A stretch of DNA of 64,000 nucleotides. Source: Octopus vulgaris. Its lineage: Eukaryota. Below the pieces are notes generated by a model. The model did not search any database. It saw only the letters and a list, made by a program, of their open reading frames with translations, and was not told where the DNA came from. A program made the position numbers and the translations under genes. Shown here in pieces: positions 30,942 to 47,071 of the stretch (the first letter of the stretch is position 1; the number at the start of each line of letters is the position of its first letter). The stretch lies in assembly GCA_951406725.2 (NCBI GenBank), contig OX597837.1:4030001-4094000 (forward strand). Reading direction: 5' to 3'.

Positions 30942-31290
30942 CCACATGGTTCTGGGTTCAGCCCTACTGCGTGGCACCTTCTACTATATCCGGGGACCGA
31001 CCAAAGCTTTGTGAGTGGATTTGGTAGACGGAAACTGGAAGAAGACCTTTGTATATATGTATATGTATGTGTATATATGTTTGTGTGTCTGTATTTGTCC
31101 CTCCAGCATCGCTTGACAACCAATGTTGGTGTGTTTACGTCCCCGTAAGTTAGCGATTCGGCAAAAGCGAACGATAGAATAAGTACTGGGGTTACAAAGA
31201 ATAAGTCCTGGGGTCGATTTGCTCGACCAAAGGCGGTGCTCCAGCATGGCCGGAGTCAAGTGACTGAAACAAGTAAAAGAGTAAAACAGA
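30942..31290 (+). mobile_element. SINE family C
   Basis: accacatggttctgggttcagccctactgcgtggcacc...gtgactgaaacaagtaaaagag. Confidence 0.85.
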
Positions 31291-31304
31291 AAAGAGAGCA
31301 AAGA

Positions 31305-31353
<49 letters not shown>

Positions 31354-31452
31354 CATACACCCACAGACAGATTTTCGTTTTATAAACTATCTAGTTACAT
31401 ATATGTATGTGTCTACTCGCACAAACATACTCTCACAGATACATATACATGT

Positions 31453-31495
<43 letters not shown>

Positions 31496-32193
31496 CACAC
31501 ACACACATTTTAGTTTTATAACGTATCTAGTTACATATATGTATGTGTCTACCCGCACGCACAAACACACACATATGCAGACACACACACACACACACAG
31601 AGAGAGAAGTAACTCCAGTAACTAAAAGACCGATAACTATTTAAGTAGCAGTAGACGATAGAGATCAAATTGACGGAAGATATATTGATAACGTTTCTTC
31701 TTCGCTGCTCGTCAAAATATATGAAAAGGTAAAGATTTTGAAGATTGCCGCATTGCCTGATGCATCAATTACTGTTCAGACATCACAAGTTAATAATTTT
31801 CTCTTCTGTAATCTCAATCTCTTGTTACTGTCCAGCTTTTTCCTTCAAGTCCATCAGGCTTTAACTAAGTTAAGTTCTCAGTCCCTGAGTTCACAAAGAG
31901 ATTTTTCTTTTTATCCTACGTTTGAATACTGAAAATATTTCTTAACATCAGAGAGAGAGAGAGTGGGGGAAGAAGAGTTGGGGGAGTGGGGAAGAGAGGG
32001 GGGGGGGAGATTACAGAAAAACTAATGAAGGTAAAAATGTTCATTATTAATTATATCGACGTGAATTGCTTCCGATCATATGGACGGTGAGATCGAAACC
32101 AACTCGGATATTTAATGCCCATTCTATGTCTTCATTGACTTAGTGTAAAGCCCGGAATCCGAAGGGAATTTTGAGAGCCTCATATATCACTTT

Positions 32194-32626
32194 CGATCTT
32201 TTCGGTTTGAACGGCAGTTTTTAACATAATTTCTAGGTAACTAAAAAATTTTAAACTTCGTATACTGGTAGAATGTGTTTATAAAACATCTTTTTCTCTT
32301 GGCTTTATTGAGAAAATTCTATAGTTTGTAAGATATTTGTTGTTTTTTTTCTTCAATTTGTGCAATTTCAACTAATCACTGACGTCTATTGAGGTAAAAA
32401 AGATTCTGTGCCGTATGGATAAGTCCCTTGTTTAAGAAACAAATTGGGTTTATTTACATTTCTGAAGAAAAAAAGATACCTTTCCCTCCACCCTTAACCC
32501 TAACCCTCACTAACCCTAACCCTAAAACAGATTGAAATGCAATAGATCGATACTAGGATCTTAATTATGGGTGACAATTTCATATGACACCGCTAGAAAA
32601 AACTGCCGTTCAAACCGAAAAGATCC
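32194..32626 (+). mobile_element. MITE copy 3 with 8-bp TSD atcacttt
   Basis: TSD at 32186-32193 and 32627-32634; (CCCTAA)-like tract at 32491-32526. Confidence 0.92.
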
Positions 32627-32990
32627 ATCACTTTTATAACACAGGGGATTGAAACCAAGAATATTTTATGAAGTTTGTTAGCTGTGACGAACGCAAACGT
32701 CTGATGTTTCGGAATAGGATCCTCCATTGAATGGTGCGACCCAATGATCAAAAGTGTTTATGCAATGTCTGTTACTCTTTTTACTTTTTTTCACGTATTA
32801 TCTACGTAATATCACATCATATGATAAAGTTTCCAAGCTTTTATCAAACTTTTATCGAGCTGTTTCCAAGCTTTTTACTAAGCTGTCATTCCAGCTTTTA
32901 TGAAAACAAATGAACTTCCGGTAAAGCTGAAAACATGCACAGCTAAGGCATATTTATTAAATAACGGTTTGGGAGAGAATTGAATATATA

Positions 32991-33542
32991 TTGGGTTGTC
33001 CGGAAAGTTCGTGCCAATTTTTAAAGGAAAGAAAACGGTCTATAAATACTTGCCATTACATTTTTAATCAACCAAATATGAACCATTCTGTTGTCCAATG
33101 TGTTTCCATCTTTCCTTTAACTTGAAACTACCCTTTTCCCAGAATCGAGGTCGTTTCATGGCAAAGAATTCATCAAGATATCTTTTTACGTCATCCAAGG
33201 AATTGAAATGTTTTACCATTAAGACTATTCTGCAGAGACCTGAATAAGTGGAAATCTGGTGAATATGGAGGGTGGGGTAACACAGCCCAGCCGTGCTGCA
33301 GCAATTTTTGTCTGGTTCCCAAAGCATCAAGTGCCGAAAATGAACTTTCTTATGTTCCATTTTAAAGGGTTACAGAATTAACCCAGATTATAGGAACGTA
33401 AAACTTCTTCCACGAAAAGATAGCTGAAACTGTGCTCTAAATGGAAGTGTAGTCGTATCCTATTTTATGGACTCAACCATGTTCTAAAATAAGTCGAAAG
33501 GTAAGCTACTATAATTCGGCATGAACTTTTCGGACGACCCAA
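32991..33542 (-). mobile_element. Internally deleted mariner element with TA TSD
   Basis: TIRs ttgggttgtccggaaagttcgtgcc / ggcatgaacttttcggacgacccaa, TA on both sides. Residual transposase HFRHLML...FNSLDDVKRYLDEFF...FWEKG..KLKERW..GSY. An extra TIR copy lies at ~33821-33846. Confidence 0.88.
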
Positions 33543-33569
33543 TAGATTTGCTTTGGTATTCGACCACTA

Positions 33570-33810
33570 GTCATACGAAAGATATACGTACGTATATATG
33601 CATGTATGTACGAATGTATGGATGTATATGTCATACGAAAGATATACGTACGTATATATGCATGTATGTACGAATGTATGGATGTATATGTCATACGAAA
33701 GATATACGTACGTATATATGCATGTATGTACGAATGTATGGATGTATATGTCATACGAAAGATATACGTACGTATATATGCATGTATGTACGAATGTATG
33801 GATGTATATG
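33570..33810. repeat. Perfect 60-bp minisatellite, 4 copies
   Basis: Unit gtcatacgaaagatatacgtacgtatatatgcatgtatgtacgaatgtatggatgtatat repeated identically. Confidence 0.95.
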
Positions 33811-34367
33811 TTAGAACCATGGCATGAATTTTCCGGAGAACCCAGTACAAACGTATAGTTAAATAAAACTTCAACTCACGATTTCTTTCTTTTGTTTAAT
33901 GTCAAAGGAAAATCTATTCCAGGAAACGTTAGACTTTACTCTGCTTCCGAGTCTTTCGCGTTTCTTGCGGTTAATCCTTCGGCACCGTCTCCAAAAAGCA
34001 TTGCGCAAGGAAAAGCACTGAAGGCAGAATGCGAAGTTTGTTTTTAATGAAGATTTATAGCAGACATTTTATAATGTTTTACTTGATAGATAAAATGACT
34101 TGCCTGGTCTCTGTGATATTGAAATGTCAACTATATTTTAAACACGTCCCTAAGTATTATGCTGTTCGTAAGGCTGTAAATAATCAAAACCAAGCTGGTA
34201 TTAAATATAACTCGAAAGGCGGTCTTGCAGTTTTAGGAAAATTGAAAAAAAGAATAGTAAAGAAAACTACACAGAAGATAAATAATCCAGATAATGTTTA
34301 GAGACGAGAATTCTAATTCCCAGTCAACATATAATGTGACGTATTATATTATATTAAAAAGTAGTAT

Positions 34368-34760
34368 ACTCTTTACTCTTTTACTTGTTTCAGTCGTTTG
34401 ACTGCGGCCATGCTGGAGCGCCGCATTTAGTCGAGCGAATCGACCCCGGGACTTATTCTTTGTAAGCCCAGTACTTATTTTATCGGTCTCTTTTGCCGAA
34501 CCGCTAAGTGACGGGGACGTAAACACACCAGCATCGGTTGTCAAGCAATGTTTGGAGAAGGGGGGACAAACACAGACACATATATATACATATATACGAC
34601 AGGCTTCTTTCAGTTTCCCTCTACCAAATCCACTCACAAGGCATTGGTTGGCCCGGGGCTATAGCAGAAAACACTTGCCCAAGATGCCACGCAGTGGGAC
34701 TGAACCCGGAACCATGTGGCTGGTTAGCAAGCTACTTACCACACAGCCACTCCTGCGCCT
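34368..34760 (-). mobile_element. SINE family C, full length
   Basis: Starts (minus strand) aggcgcaggagtggctgtgtggtaagtagcttgct; homologous to 28490 and 48070. Confidence 0.88.
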
Positions 34761-35235
34761 ATGTTATTTTATCTTTTACTTGTTTCAGTCATTAGACTGA
34801 AGCCATGCTGGAGCACCGCCTTGAAGGACTTTGAGTCCAACGAATCAAACCCAGTAGTTAGGTTGGTATTTATGTGCAGGGTTGCCCATTTGCAGCTGAG
34901 GAGACTGGAGCCACGAGAAATGAAGGGTCTTGGTACCGTCGGTCTAGAAATCATAACCTCGGTCACACGAGCAACACTCTAACCTTCAATCACGTATATA
35001 TGTATGTAGATATATATATATACACATAACTATTGTTATACATACATACACACACACAGAGAAAGATATATATATATATATATGCACATAGATACATATA
35101 TATATACACACATAGATACATATATATATACATACACATAGATACATATATATATTTATATATATACACACACATAGATACAGATATATACATACATGTA
35201 TACACACGCACACACAGACACACACACACACACAG

Positions 35236-35283
<48 letters not shown>

Positions 35284-35410
35284 ATTCGGTTTAAGTAATT
35301 GAGATTCAAGTGAATTCTAATGAATTCACATGAACTTTCTTCAATGCAGTTAATCTTACACCCTCATTTGTATCTACCCCTTTTGATGTTTGGGAATTCT
35401 CTGATGTTTT

Positions 35411-35498
35411 TTTCGGCTGACGAGTACGAGCCATCTGTATTTACTGCATTTTTTGTAGCTTATTAAAGATGGCCTCGTACGAAACAATTGTACCGAGA
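35411..35498 (+). ncRNA. Intact minimal type I hammerhead ribozyme
   Basis: TTTCGG-CTGACGA-GTACGAG-CCATCT-(loop)-AGATGG-C-CTCGTAC-GAAA-C-AATT-G-TA-CCGAGA. All core nucleotides are present, with 6-bp stem I, 7+6-bp stem II, palindromic minimal stem III and a GUA cleavage site after 35492. Confidence 0.85.
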
Positions 35499-36109
35499 TT
35501 TTAATCCATTCTTGTTGCTTTTTTCCTATATATATACATATATACATTCATACATGCATTCATGCATATATATACATAGACATACACACGCATAGCTATA
35601 AGTATGTATACATGTATATTAACCAAGCAATTTTCGATGGATCACGTGATATTACGTATTCAGATCCAGTTTTAAAATTCATCAGAGTGTAATTACTGAC
35701 GATTCTAAGTGTTATAACAAACGAATTCGCTTCCGGCGCTCTTACATGTATCGGTGGTACTATCAGCCAACTTCTACAACAACTTTGAAAGCGTATGTCT
35801 TAAAACCAGACTGCATTATATGTAATTTATTTCTAAAGGCCGTTTGCCTGTTTGGAAAGAAGGACCCTGGATTTCATGTACAATTAACGAAATAAACACA
35901 AGTAAAAAGATCTGAGTATGCTTATTTATTTTCCTCGTATTTACTTTTAGCAAACTTTCTGTGCGAAACACTTCATTTTCTGCAACAACATCAATAAATT
36001 ATATGTATAGTTACCTATATTCCATGCTGATCACGCTCCTATGAGATAAACGATAAAATTATATGCGTAGATAAATGTTAAAGCGAGGTTATTATTTTAA
36101 AGCAGACAA

Positions 36110-36735
36110 AGTCGTTTTAAAGCGAGCTAGCAAAATCATTACAACGTCCGTCAAAATGCTATACGGAACTTCGTTCGTCTTTACAATCTTGTTTGAAATT
36201 TCGCCGAGGTTGACTTCGTATTTCACCCTTACGGATCGATAAAATAGATACCTGTCACACACTTGGGTCCTTGTAATCGACTAATCTTCTCCCCTAGAAT
36301 TTTAGGCCCTCTACCTATTGTACTAAGAGTTATTTTAAAGCATGGAAGGCCGCGAGGTGGTAGAATATTTGACGTGTCGGATAAAATGCTATAAGATATT
36401 TCTTCTGACTTCAAGCAAATTTAACAATAACAGCGGACCACGTACAGCTAGTGGAGACGCTATACTGAAAGGAGAGCCAAATTGATTTTAATTACAAAGC
36501 AAAAAAGTCTTGATTGAGAGTTTGAGATGTATACAGTCATATGTTAGCTTCGAGGGAGGTGTAAGTCGAATATCTTAGCCTCAGTGCTTAACTAGAACTT
36601 ATTTGATCGACCCGAAAAGGATGAAAGGCAAAGTCGACCTCGGCGGATTTAGAACTCAGAACGTAAAGCCGGACGAAATTCCTGCTGCTAAGCATTTTTT
36701 CCGGTGTGCTCACGATTCTGCCAGCTCGTCGCGTA
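36110..36735. mobile_element. Cluster of degraded family A SINEs in both orientations
   Basis: gcgagctagcaaaatc... (+, ~36120) and gacccgaaaaggatgaaaggcaaagtcgacctcggcgg...ccagctcgtcgc (-, 36560-36732). Confidence 0.7.
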
Positions 36736-37067
36736 AACACGTGCAGTCATATATTTTCGTCGCAAACCATTTACTGTCGTGAATTGTCTCTTCGTTTCGA
36801 AAGAAAAACACAAATGTACGTCTAATTTCAATGTTTCGTCGTATCAATGGACTTGTAAAGAAAGTATGATGGAGTTCGAGTTGAAGTCTTGCTTTGCAGA
36901 ACAACTTGTAAGATGAAAATTATTATAGAGAAACTGAACTAAATACACACTCGCATCTTTCAAACGTCTATTGGTCTGGTGCAAAAAAAAAAATATATAT
37001 CCCGCAAACACAACAGCTATCAGGATGCAGGATTTCAGTAACGTTATAGATAAAGTTAATAGTATGA

Positions 37068-37209
37068 GGAGAGTTTACGAAAGAAACAAAAGACGAAGAC
37101 AGATGGTGTACAAAACAAACAGATGTATTAGTATAACGCTCAGGAATAGAAAAGGTCTTTTACGTTTCGAGCCTACACTCTTCTACAGAAAGGGACACAT
37201 AAAAAGAGA

Positions 37210-37265
<56 letters not shown>

Positions 37266-37406
37266 AGAGTTTACGAAAAAACAAAAGACGAAAACAGGTG
37301 GTGTACAAAACAAACAGATGTATTAGTATAACGCTCAGGAATAGAAAAAGTATTTTACGTTTCGAGTCTACGCTCTTCTACAGAAAGGGACACAGAAAAA
37401 GAGAGA

Positions 37407-37468
<62 letters not shown>

Positions 37469-37653
37469 AGAGTTTACGAAAAAACAAAAGACGAAGACAG
37501 GTGATGTACAAAACAAACAGATGTATTAGTATAACGCTCAGGAAAAGAAAAAGTATTTTACGTTTCGAGCCTACGCTCTTCTACAGAAAGGGACACAGAA
37601 AAAAACAAGGAGAGAAAAAAATGTATGTAGTGGCTAACGATCTATCATGGCGA
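37068..37653 (+). mobile_element. Three head-to-tail family D units separated by (TA)n
   Basis: Units start near 37068, 37262 and 37465 and are highly similar. Only the last carries the ...gatctatcatggcga end. Confidence 0.92.
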
Positions 37654-37856
37654 CTGACTTTGGAGAGGAGTTAATACTATGCTTGTATATAGTCGTGTAA
37701 ATGTAATACATCACTTCCCCCACATATTTAGTTGGATGAGGACTTGCTCCGCGTGGATTTAACGTACCACATGCTGGAGTACGATTCAAGAAGTTATCTT
37801 TGCAAATACAAATCGTAAGATATTTTGATCTAACCCAGCAAATCGTCTTTATTTTT

Positions 37857-38222
37857 TATCTTTTACTTGTTTGAGTCATTGGACTGCCACCTTGCTGTGC
37901 CACACTATCTTGGAGGGTGGAGTCGAGCATCTCGATTTCAGTACTTATTCTGTCAGTCTGTTTTCCAGAAGTGCTGGTTACTTGTACGTAAACAAACCAA
38001 CAGCGTTTGTCAAGCATTGTCTGCGCCCGTGCTCCTGTGTGTAAATTTATGAACATAGACACAAATACAAAGACACACATATGACGGGATTCCGCATAGT
38101 TTCCGTCCAGCAACTTCATTCTAAAATAATTAGTCCTACGATAGTGTGGAGCTGTAGTAGAAGGCACGGGTGCCGCGTAGTGTGACGGAACCTACAATCA
38201 CGTAGTTGCAAAGCGAGCTACC
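37857..38222 (-). mobile_element. Degraded SINE family C, interrupted near its head by MITE copy 4
   Basis: cttttacttgtttgagtcatt...gtgccgcgtagtg...gaacc...gagctacc. Confidence 0.65.
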
Positions 38223-38652
38223 GGCTCTTTTCGGTTTGAACGGCAGTTTTTACTAGCGGTGTCATATGAAATTGTCACCCGTAATTATGACCCTAGAATC
38301 GATCTATTGCATTTCGATCTCTTTTAGCGTTAGGGTTGGTTAGAGTTAGGGTTAGGGGTGGGGGAAGGGTATCTTTTTTTCTTCAGAAATTTAAATAAAC
38401 CCAATCTGTTTCTTAAACGAGGGACATGTTAATACGGCACAGAATGCTTTTTAACTCAATAGACGTCAGTGATTGGTTGAAATTGCAGAAACTGAAGAAA
38501 AAAACAAGAAATATCTTACAAACTATAGAATTTTCTCAATAAAGCCAAGAGAAAAAAATGTTTTGTAAACACATTCTACCAGTATACGAAGTTAAAAGTT
38601 TTTTAGTTACCTAGAAATTATGTTAAAACTGCCGTTCAAACCGAAAAGATCC
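38223..38652 (-). mobile_element. MITE copy 4 with 8-bp TSD gagctacc
   Basis: TSD at 38215-38222 and 38653-38660; gttagggttggttagagttagggttagggg tract. Confidence 0.92.
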
Positions 38653-39529
38653 GAGCTACCTAACTACAAGGTAATCCTGGCGCTCAGAGATAAATTCTGA
38701 GGATTTTTGTAAGAATGCTGTATTTTCTTACGATATTTTGACAAAGCAAAATGACTAAACTTCTTCACAAGGTAAAAGCCAAATCTATGTATATACATAT
38801 TTGAAAAAAATACAACCTCCAGGAACTTATGTAAGAAAAGATAGCTTTTCCCCAAATGCCTTGTCATTCAAAAGGAAAGTTTAGTGAAGTCTTTCACTGC
38901 CTGACAAATCCTGCTGGATTCATGTGACTAACGCCTAGATTATTTACTGCTGCTATAGATTTATTAATTAACGAATACTACGGAAACGTCTTTGTCTCTA
39001 CGAATCTTAACTGTCTGTTCTCTGAGATTATCGATTCAACCCCCATTTTGTAAATGTTCCCGAGGCACCTAAACAACTTTAAATGATTGAGCTATCGAAA
39101 TATATTTTTAATATCCTTGATGCAAATCAAGACTTTACTGAAATTCCTAAAAATGCAATAGAATACAAGTGCCTACGGCAACATAAACAAGAAATGCTAT
39201 TTAAGATGTCTTATATTAAATTCTTCTTGAGTCTCTTTTCTTTCCTATTTTACATATCGGTTATAGAAATTTTGAAAACGTCCTTTTAATAGAAAATAAC
39301 ACCTTAAGCTACGGATCACCTCGTTGACACCAAATAGTCAATATATTCGTCTGAAATAAGGATAAAAGAATCTTATCTTTACAAATGTAATATAAATGTC
39401 AGTTGATATTTTTTTCTTACGCCAAAATTTTTAATTATATACTCGCGTTGGTGTAATTATATTTAAAAAAATATATATAACGATGTTTTCAAAATAAATA
39501 TTACTTTTAAATTTTGGTGGAATTTTCTT

Positions 39530-40132
39530 GGGAAGGGATAAGTCAATTACATATACTCCAATATTAAACTGCTACTTCGTTTTTTCAACCACGAATGGAG
39601 GACACGCATAGTCGACCTCGGCGGAATTTGAACTCAGAACGTAAAGTCGGAAGAAATGCCGTTAAGCCTTTTGTCCGGTGCGGTAATTATTCTGCTAACA
39701 CGCCGCCTTATTTTTATAATAAATATTGATTTCAAGTTTTGGCACAAAGCCAGCAATTTCGGAGGAAGGGTTAATCGTTTACAATTATCCCAGTGTTCAA
39801 CTGGTACATATTTTATCGATCCCCCACCGCAAAATATGAAAAGCGAAGTCGACCTCGACTGGTGTCGATGTAATCAACTTAATCCGTTTGTCTGTCCTTG
39901 TTTGTCCCCTCTATGTTTAGCCCCTTGTGGGTAATAAAGTAACAGGTATTTCGTCCGTCGCTGCGTTATAAGTTTAAATTCGCCGAGGTCGACTTTGCCT
40001 TTCATCCTTTTGGAGTCGATTAAATAAGTACCAGTTACGCACTGGGGTCAATATAATCGACTTAATCTGTTTGTCTGTCCTTATTTGTCCCCTCTATATT
40101 TTTTAGCCCCTTGTTGGCAATAAAGAAATAAG
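39530..40132. mobile_element. Cluster of family A SINE fragments
   Basis: gtcgacctcggcggaatttgaactcagaacg (-), and two + strand 3' halves at 39860-39945 and 39946-40132. Confidence 0.75.
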
Positions 40133-41718
40133 TAATAAAACACACTTGGGCAAAGTGCCGCGTAATGAAATCGAACACAAGACCATCTAGTTGTAAAGTG
40201 AAGCGCTTATTCACAACGCTGTGATTTCAACTAAGTTATTACACATCTATCATTTAATAAAGTCAAATCATTAGCAATTCTCTAAATTAAAGCCGTTGAT
40301 GTTTACAGGTAATAGACTTGCTCATTAATTGAAACAGTAGATTGAGAATGTAATTCTGTATATTACACCCATAGACATAAATTAGATTCTAAACATTTCT
40401 CAAATAACAATGTATTATTTTTATGGCTTTCCCAACAAATTAATGAAGATAGTATACCTCGCTCCCACTTTCCCCCGGAGACGAACACTCTCATGTATGA
40501 CATATATAAAGTTGCATTGCATCTGTGTATGTGAGCATGTGTGTGCGTCAGTGACCCGGATACGAATAGAAAAGTTCTATAACGAAAGGCTTATTGTTAA
40601 AATGGTACAAGATAAGACAAGAAGAACAGTATGTGATAAAGGAAGAGATAGCGATGGAGTGGGATAAAGACATTCATGTGTAAGTGCGAGAAAAAGACTG
40701 TGTGGGAGAATAAAAAGGGGAACTGAGCATACGTAAACAATAATAATAACAATAATAACAGTAATAATGCTTCCTATTATAGGCACAAGGCCTTAGATTT
40801 TTGGGGAGGGGAGTGGTCATTTACATCGCCCCAAGTGTTCAGCTGGTATTTATTTCATCGACCTCGACTTGATGAAAGACAAAGTCGATCTCGATGGAAT
40901 TTCAGTTTACAGCGTAAAGACGGGCGAAATGCAGTTAAGTATACTATCCGGCTTGGTAATGATTCAGATACCAGACCGCCTTAATTATAAAACCAAGAAG
41001 GAGAAGTGGAAGACAGAGAGAGAGAAGAAGAAGAAGAAAGTGAAAAGAAACATAAGATAAAAGAAGTGGAAGAAAAAAAGAGAAACAAAGAATGAAAGAA
41101 AAAGAGGAAGGAGAAAGAAGATGCAGTGGAGGAGGAAAACGAGATGATAATGTGAAAGTAGGCTGAATAGCTAGATTAATAACAACAACAATGAGAAGAA
41201 AACGACAAAAGCCACAAAAGCAGCGAATCAAAAAGAGAGGCCACTAGAAGATCGTTTGAGGTCGGAAGGAAAAGCAGATAAAATTCCTTTATATGTTTTG
41301 CTCTCCCACCTTAGATAAAGAAATAACACATTCTGACATGCGTTCGTATATAGCACTGAAAAGAGAAGATGATTAAGATAGACTTCCTTTGATCATAGAT
41401 TTGCGTGATCAGAGATGATCCGGGGGGAAAATTAAAACAGAAATTCAACAGTAATCGTCAGAAAATACAATGATAGAAAGAGACATAAATAGATAGAAAA
41501 GAGTGGATACAAGAAAAGGCAACGGAAATCTGAAGATAATTGGTAATTACTATACTTTGCTCTTATTATTCCCAGCTGTTTCAATGAAGAAAAAAATACT
41601 TTTAAAATGCTGTGGGTTAGTAATAATGTATTTTTGTAAAGTTTGATCCACTGGGAACAGCCACATCAAGAACATCAGAACAACAGTGTCCACAGAGGTA
41701 ATATGACAGAAATATCAG

Positions 41719-42070
41719 TGTAGGCGCAATGGCCCAGTGGTTAGGGCAGCGAACTCGCGGTCTTAGGATCGCGGTTTCGATTCCCAGACTAGGCGTTGTG
41801 AGTGTTATTGAGCGGAGACACACCTAAAGCTCCCCGAAGCTCCGGCAGGGGTTGGTGGTGAACCCTGCTGTAATCTTTCACCACAACTTTCTCTCACCTT
41901 TTTTCCTGTTTCTGTTGTACTTGTATTTCAAAAGGCCAGCCTTGTCCCACACTGTGTCACGCTGAATCTCACCGAGAACTACGTTAAGGGTACTCGTGTC
42001 TGTGGAGTACTCAGCCACTTGCACGTTAATTTCGGAACAACTGGAACACTCGTCGTCGTAACCGACAGAG
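41719..42070 (+). mobile_element. SINE family B, tail type 1
   Basis: Homologous to 7736-8094. Confidence 0.88.
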
Positions 42071-43484
42071 TATTAACAATATACATTATAAGATCAATAA
42101 AGACACACACACACGCTAGCACACACATAGACGCACGCACACACACACGCACACACCACACACACACACACAGGTGCATGTTTGGTTGTGCGTTAAGACG
42201 TCTGCTCCCCAACCACATGAAGTTTGATAAGTGAAATTGAAATGGAGATAATAAAGTATTGGTGACCCCCCAAATGAAGGTGCTTTGAGACTGCAACCTG
42301 TTTACTGACAAAATTCCGTGAGATGCAGTACGGAAGTTTGTCAGTGATTAGGTCGCGGTCTCAAGCGACGAAAATATTTTGACAAATTAAATTTAAATGT
42401 TGAAGTGAATCTAACGGTTTAGTGTGTTTCATAAACGGCTTATAAACACCTTCCACACTGCAATTGTTTTCGCTCCAGCACACGATCTCAGATCAATTCA
42501 CTCGCTATGCAAGTACACCTCCGTAATTATTTATTGAATTTAATATAAAGGTAGCAATGGAATGTGGCTCCTTCTATTAAGTCTTTACTATAGAATGATT
42601 TAAATAATCAAAAGACAGCTATCACTTGATTTAACTTCTCTGAAGGTTTATTGTTGTAGAGTGTTGCCATCTAGCAGTTCGCTGAATCGAGAAAATAAAA
42701 GCAATTCACTTCGGTAAAATCTTATCCAGTTGTCTAATGAATCGTGAGAAACACTCAGCTCACCTTTCCAATATTTTAACATCGAATAGTTTATTGAAGC
42801 AAACGCAGACAATGAACTCGGCTCACCTCACTGAAATCTTAAATCGTACGTCACATTTTAATTTCTCGATCTTTTATAGAATCCAAAACGTTCAATGGAC
42901 TCAGGTTGCCTTTCTGAAAAATCTCATGTTAATTTTTCTGGGAACTTCCGTCGCCTAGAATTAACTACATTTATGATCAGAGAGACATTAAGATAAAATC
43001 GCGTACGCAATCAATAAATGAATAAGAGAGAAAAAATAACATAAGTGAAGAGTTTAAAACAAAAAAAAAAGAAAGAAAGAAACTTCAATTAGTCTTAATA
43101 AGTGACTAATGCGAAGTTTGACAGAAATACATTAAATTTTCGTTTAAGAACACTGCATTTTCATTGATAACCACTATTATAATAGAGTGCAGAACATACA
43201 TTAGCTTTTAGTCCACACTAACTGCCATTGTTTCCAGCTGAATTTGTTAATCGCTTTCCAGAGACGTAAGGAAAAGCCATCGTTTATGAAAGATAAATCT
43301 ATGCTTCTTTCTCACAACCATTCTGTATTCTGGTACAATCGCACCGTATTAGTCTTTTCTTATAGATAATGTTGTATGATGCTTACTTTGTCGTGGGATG
43401 GTCCCAGTAGCACCACTTCAGTCTTGTTTTATGAGATGGTGTTAGTAGACCCTCACTCACATTTTTCTCAGTTTCTCAAGTATA

Positions 43485-43515
<31 letters not shown>

Positions 43516-43516
<1 letters not shown>

Positions 43517-43590
43517 CTAGCAGAGGCACCCGGCCTTGCCCGGGAATTAAATTTCTCCTTACATATTGGAAACATTTCTGAATTCATGCA
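43516..43590 (-). mobile_element. Helitron-like 3' terminus
   Basis: Minus strand reads cccgggcaaggccggg (GC hairpin), then tgcctctg-CTAG-t, inserted in (TA)n. Confidence 0.6.
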
Positions 43591-43591
43591 A

Positions 43592-47071
<3,480 letters not shown>

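Noticed and set aside
32491-32526. Telomere or chromosome-fusion scar
   Set aside because: The CCCTAA tract is an internal part of a TSD-flanked MITE present four times.
37068-37653. CRISPR-like repeat-spacer appearance (also 33570-33810)
   Set aside because: The repeats are ~145-190 bp or 60 bp, the spacers are (TA)n or absent, there are no cas genes, and the context is eukaryotic.
42329-42525. Possible small MITE with tacgga..tccgta ends
   Set aside because: The inverted match is very short and there is only one copy in the window.
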